DNA of 64,000 nucleotides from IMG/VR virus record IMGVR_UViG_3300026766_000001, positions 1 to 64,000 of that record. One strand, written 5' to 3'. The notes below the pieces were generated by a model. The model saw only the letters and a program-made list of their open reading frames with translations, did no database searches and was not told the DNA's origin. Positions within the stretch are counted from its first letter, which is position 1; each line of letters opens with the position of its first letter. Shown here piece by piece: positions 63,296 through 64,000 of this stretch. A program made the position numbers and the translations under genes. Source of the stretch: a virus (lineage: Duplodnaviria; Caudoviricetes).

Positions 63296-64000
63296 CTACC
63301 ATCCCGGCACCCGCGAGTAGGTCGCCATGACCGACTGCGGCGGGAGGATGGGCGTCCACAGCGCCAGCACGAAGGAGTCCGAGCGGTCCGGGCTCCTGCC
63401 GAGGTGCTTTTTGATCTCGTCTTTGTCCAGGATCCGCACGGACTGCGCCTTCCTCTTGTAGCCGTCGTCCTCGACAATCCTGGCCCCGTAGACCAGTTGG
63501 TGGGCCAGCATCTCCTCGCGTAGCAGGACATCGTCAGGAGGGTCCACCAGGCCGCGCTCGAGCAGCATGGCGGCCCGGACGTAGAGCGCGGCCCGGACGT
63601 TCTCGCACCAGGGCTCGTTGGGCAGGCGATCGGGCGGCGCTCCGGAGAAGGCGACGGCCGAAGACTCGATGCGCAGGATGTCGAGCGCGTGGTCGTGGAC
63701 CGAGGATCCAGCCGCTCCCCCCTCGTCAACGTTCCACGTGGAACGTGGGAAGTGCCGTGCGATGTACTGCGCCACCTCGGGCCCTCTGCCCTTGGGGGCG
63801 ACGCGGATCTCGCCGACGCGGATCCGCCTGCCCTCCTGGAGCTCCGCCAACAGGCGCACGCCGACCTCGCCGCCTTTCTTCTCGGCCTCATGCCAGGCGC
63901 GAAGCAGGGTCTCGGCGGTCTCACCCCAGCTGGGGCAGAAGCAGCTGTCGTCGTCGCCCTCGCGGGCCGCGTCAACCCCCACGCGATCGGCCGGGCTCTC
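63296..64000 (-). CDS. terL: Terminase large subunit, C-terminal nuclease domain (5' end outside window)
   Basis: GVDAAREGDD.S, VDEGG.G..V.D, N.RA..Y, KDEIKK.LGRSPDRSDS..LA. Confidence 0.9.
   Translation of the reverse strand, partial: ESPADRVGVDAAREGDDDSCFCPSWGETAETLLRAWHEAEKKGGEVGVRLLAELQEGRRIRVGEIRVAPKGRGPEVAQYIARHFPRSTWNVDEGGAAGSSVHDHALDILRIESSAVAFSGAPPDRLPNEPWCENVRAALYVRAAMLLERGLVDPPDDVLLREEMLAHQLVYGARIVEDDGYKRKAQSVRILDKDEIKKHLGRSPDRSDSFVLALWTPILPPQSVMATYSRVPGW

Noticed and set aside
1-64000. Stop-codon reassignment, tRNA genes, integrase or att site
   Set aside because: Long genes read through under the standard code and all three stops terminate genes; no cloverleaf or recombinase motif was found by eye

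Overview
The window is a 64-kb segment of a high-GC tailed dsDNA phage or prophage, siphovirus-like (2074-aa tape measure, no sheath gene). No integrase, polymerase, tRNA, rRNA or CRISPR array was seen. The virion genes run on the minus strand but are split by accessory blocks. From the right edge they are: terminase large subunit (cut by the edge), portal (55343-56974), MuF-like head protein (50343-51338), and then a continuous block from 35915 down to about 7490. That block holds scaffold, major capsid, a GT-B glycosyltransferase-like gene, head-tail connectors, two paralogous tail-tube genes, a frameshifting tail chaperone, tape measure, LamG tail tip, beta-helix tailspike, membrane/lysis genes and an M15 endolysin. 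The accessory regions carry a HerA/DUF87 ATPase, a Rad50/SMC-like ATPase, a cold-shock domain protein, an intein-containing SNF2 helicase, a 5'-3' exonuclease, a SNF2-methyltransferase fusion, RHH/XRE/ArsR regulators and a broken BCS1-like AAA ATPase. The most unusual observations are: (1) virion-module proteins with Sec signal peptides and paired cysteines; (2) a stand-alone ethylene-receptor-like membrane domain at the head of the lysis cassette; (3) an 88-bp near-identical copy of the tape measure gene lying in frame inside a small ORF 29 kb away; (4) a 1.4-kb moron whose insertion appears to have duplicated a tail-gene start; (5) several half-genes and homopolymer frameshifts confined to accessory genes. 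All family assignments come from motif recognition by eye; no database searches were run.
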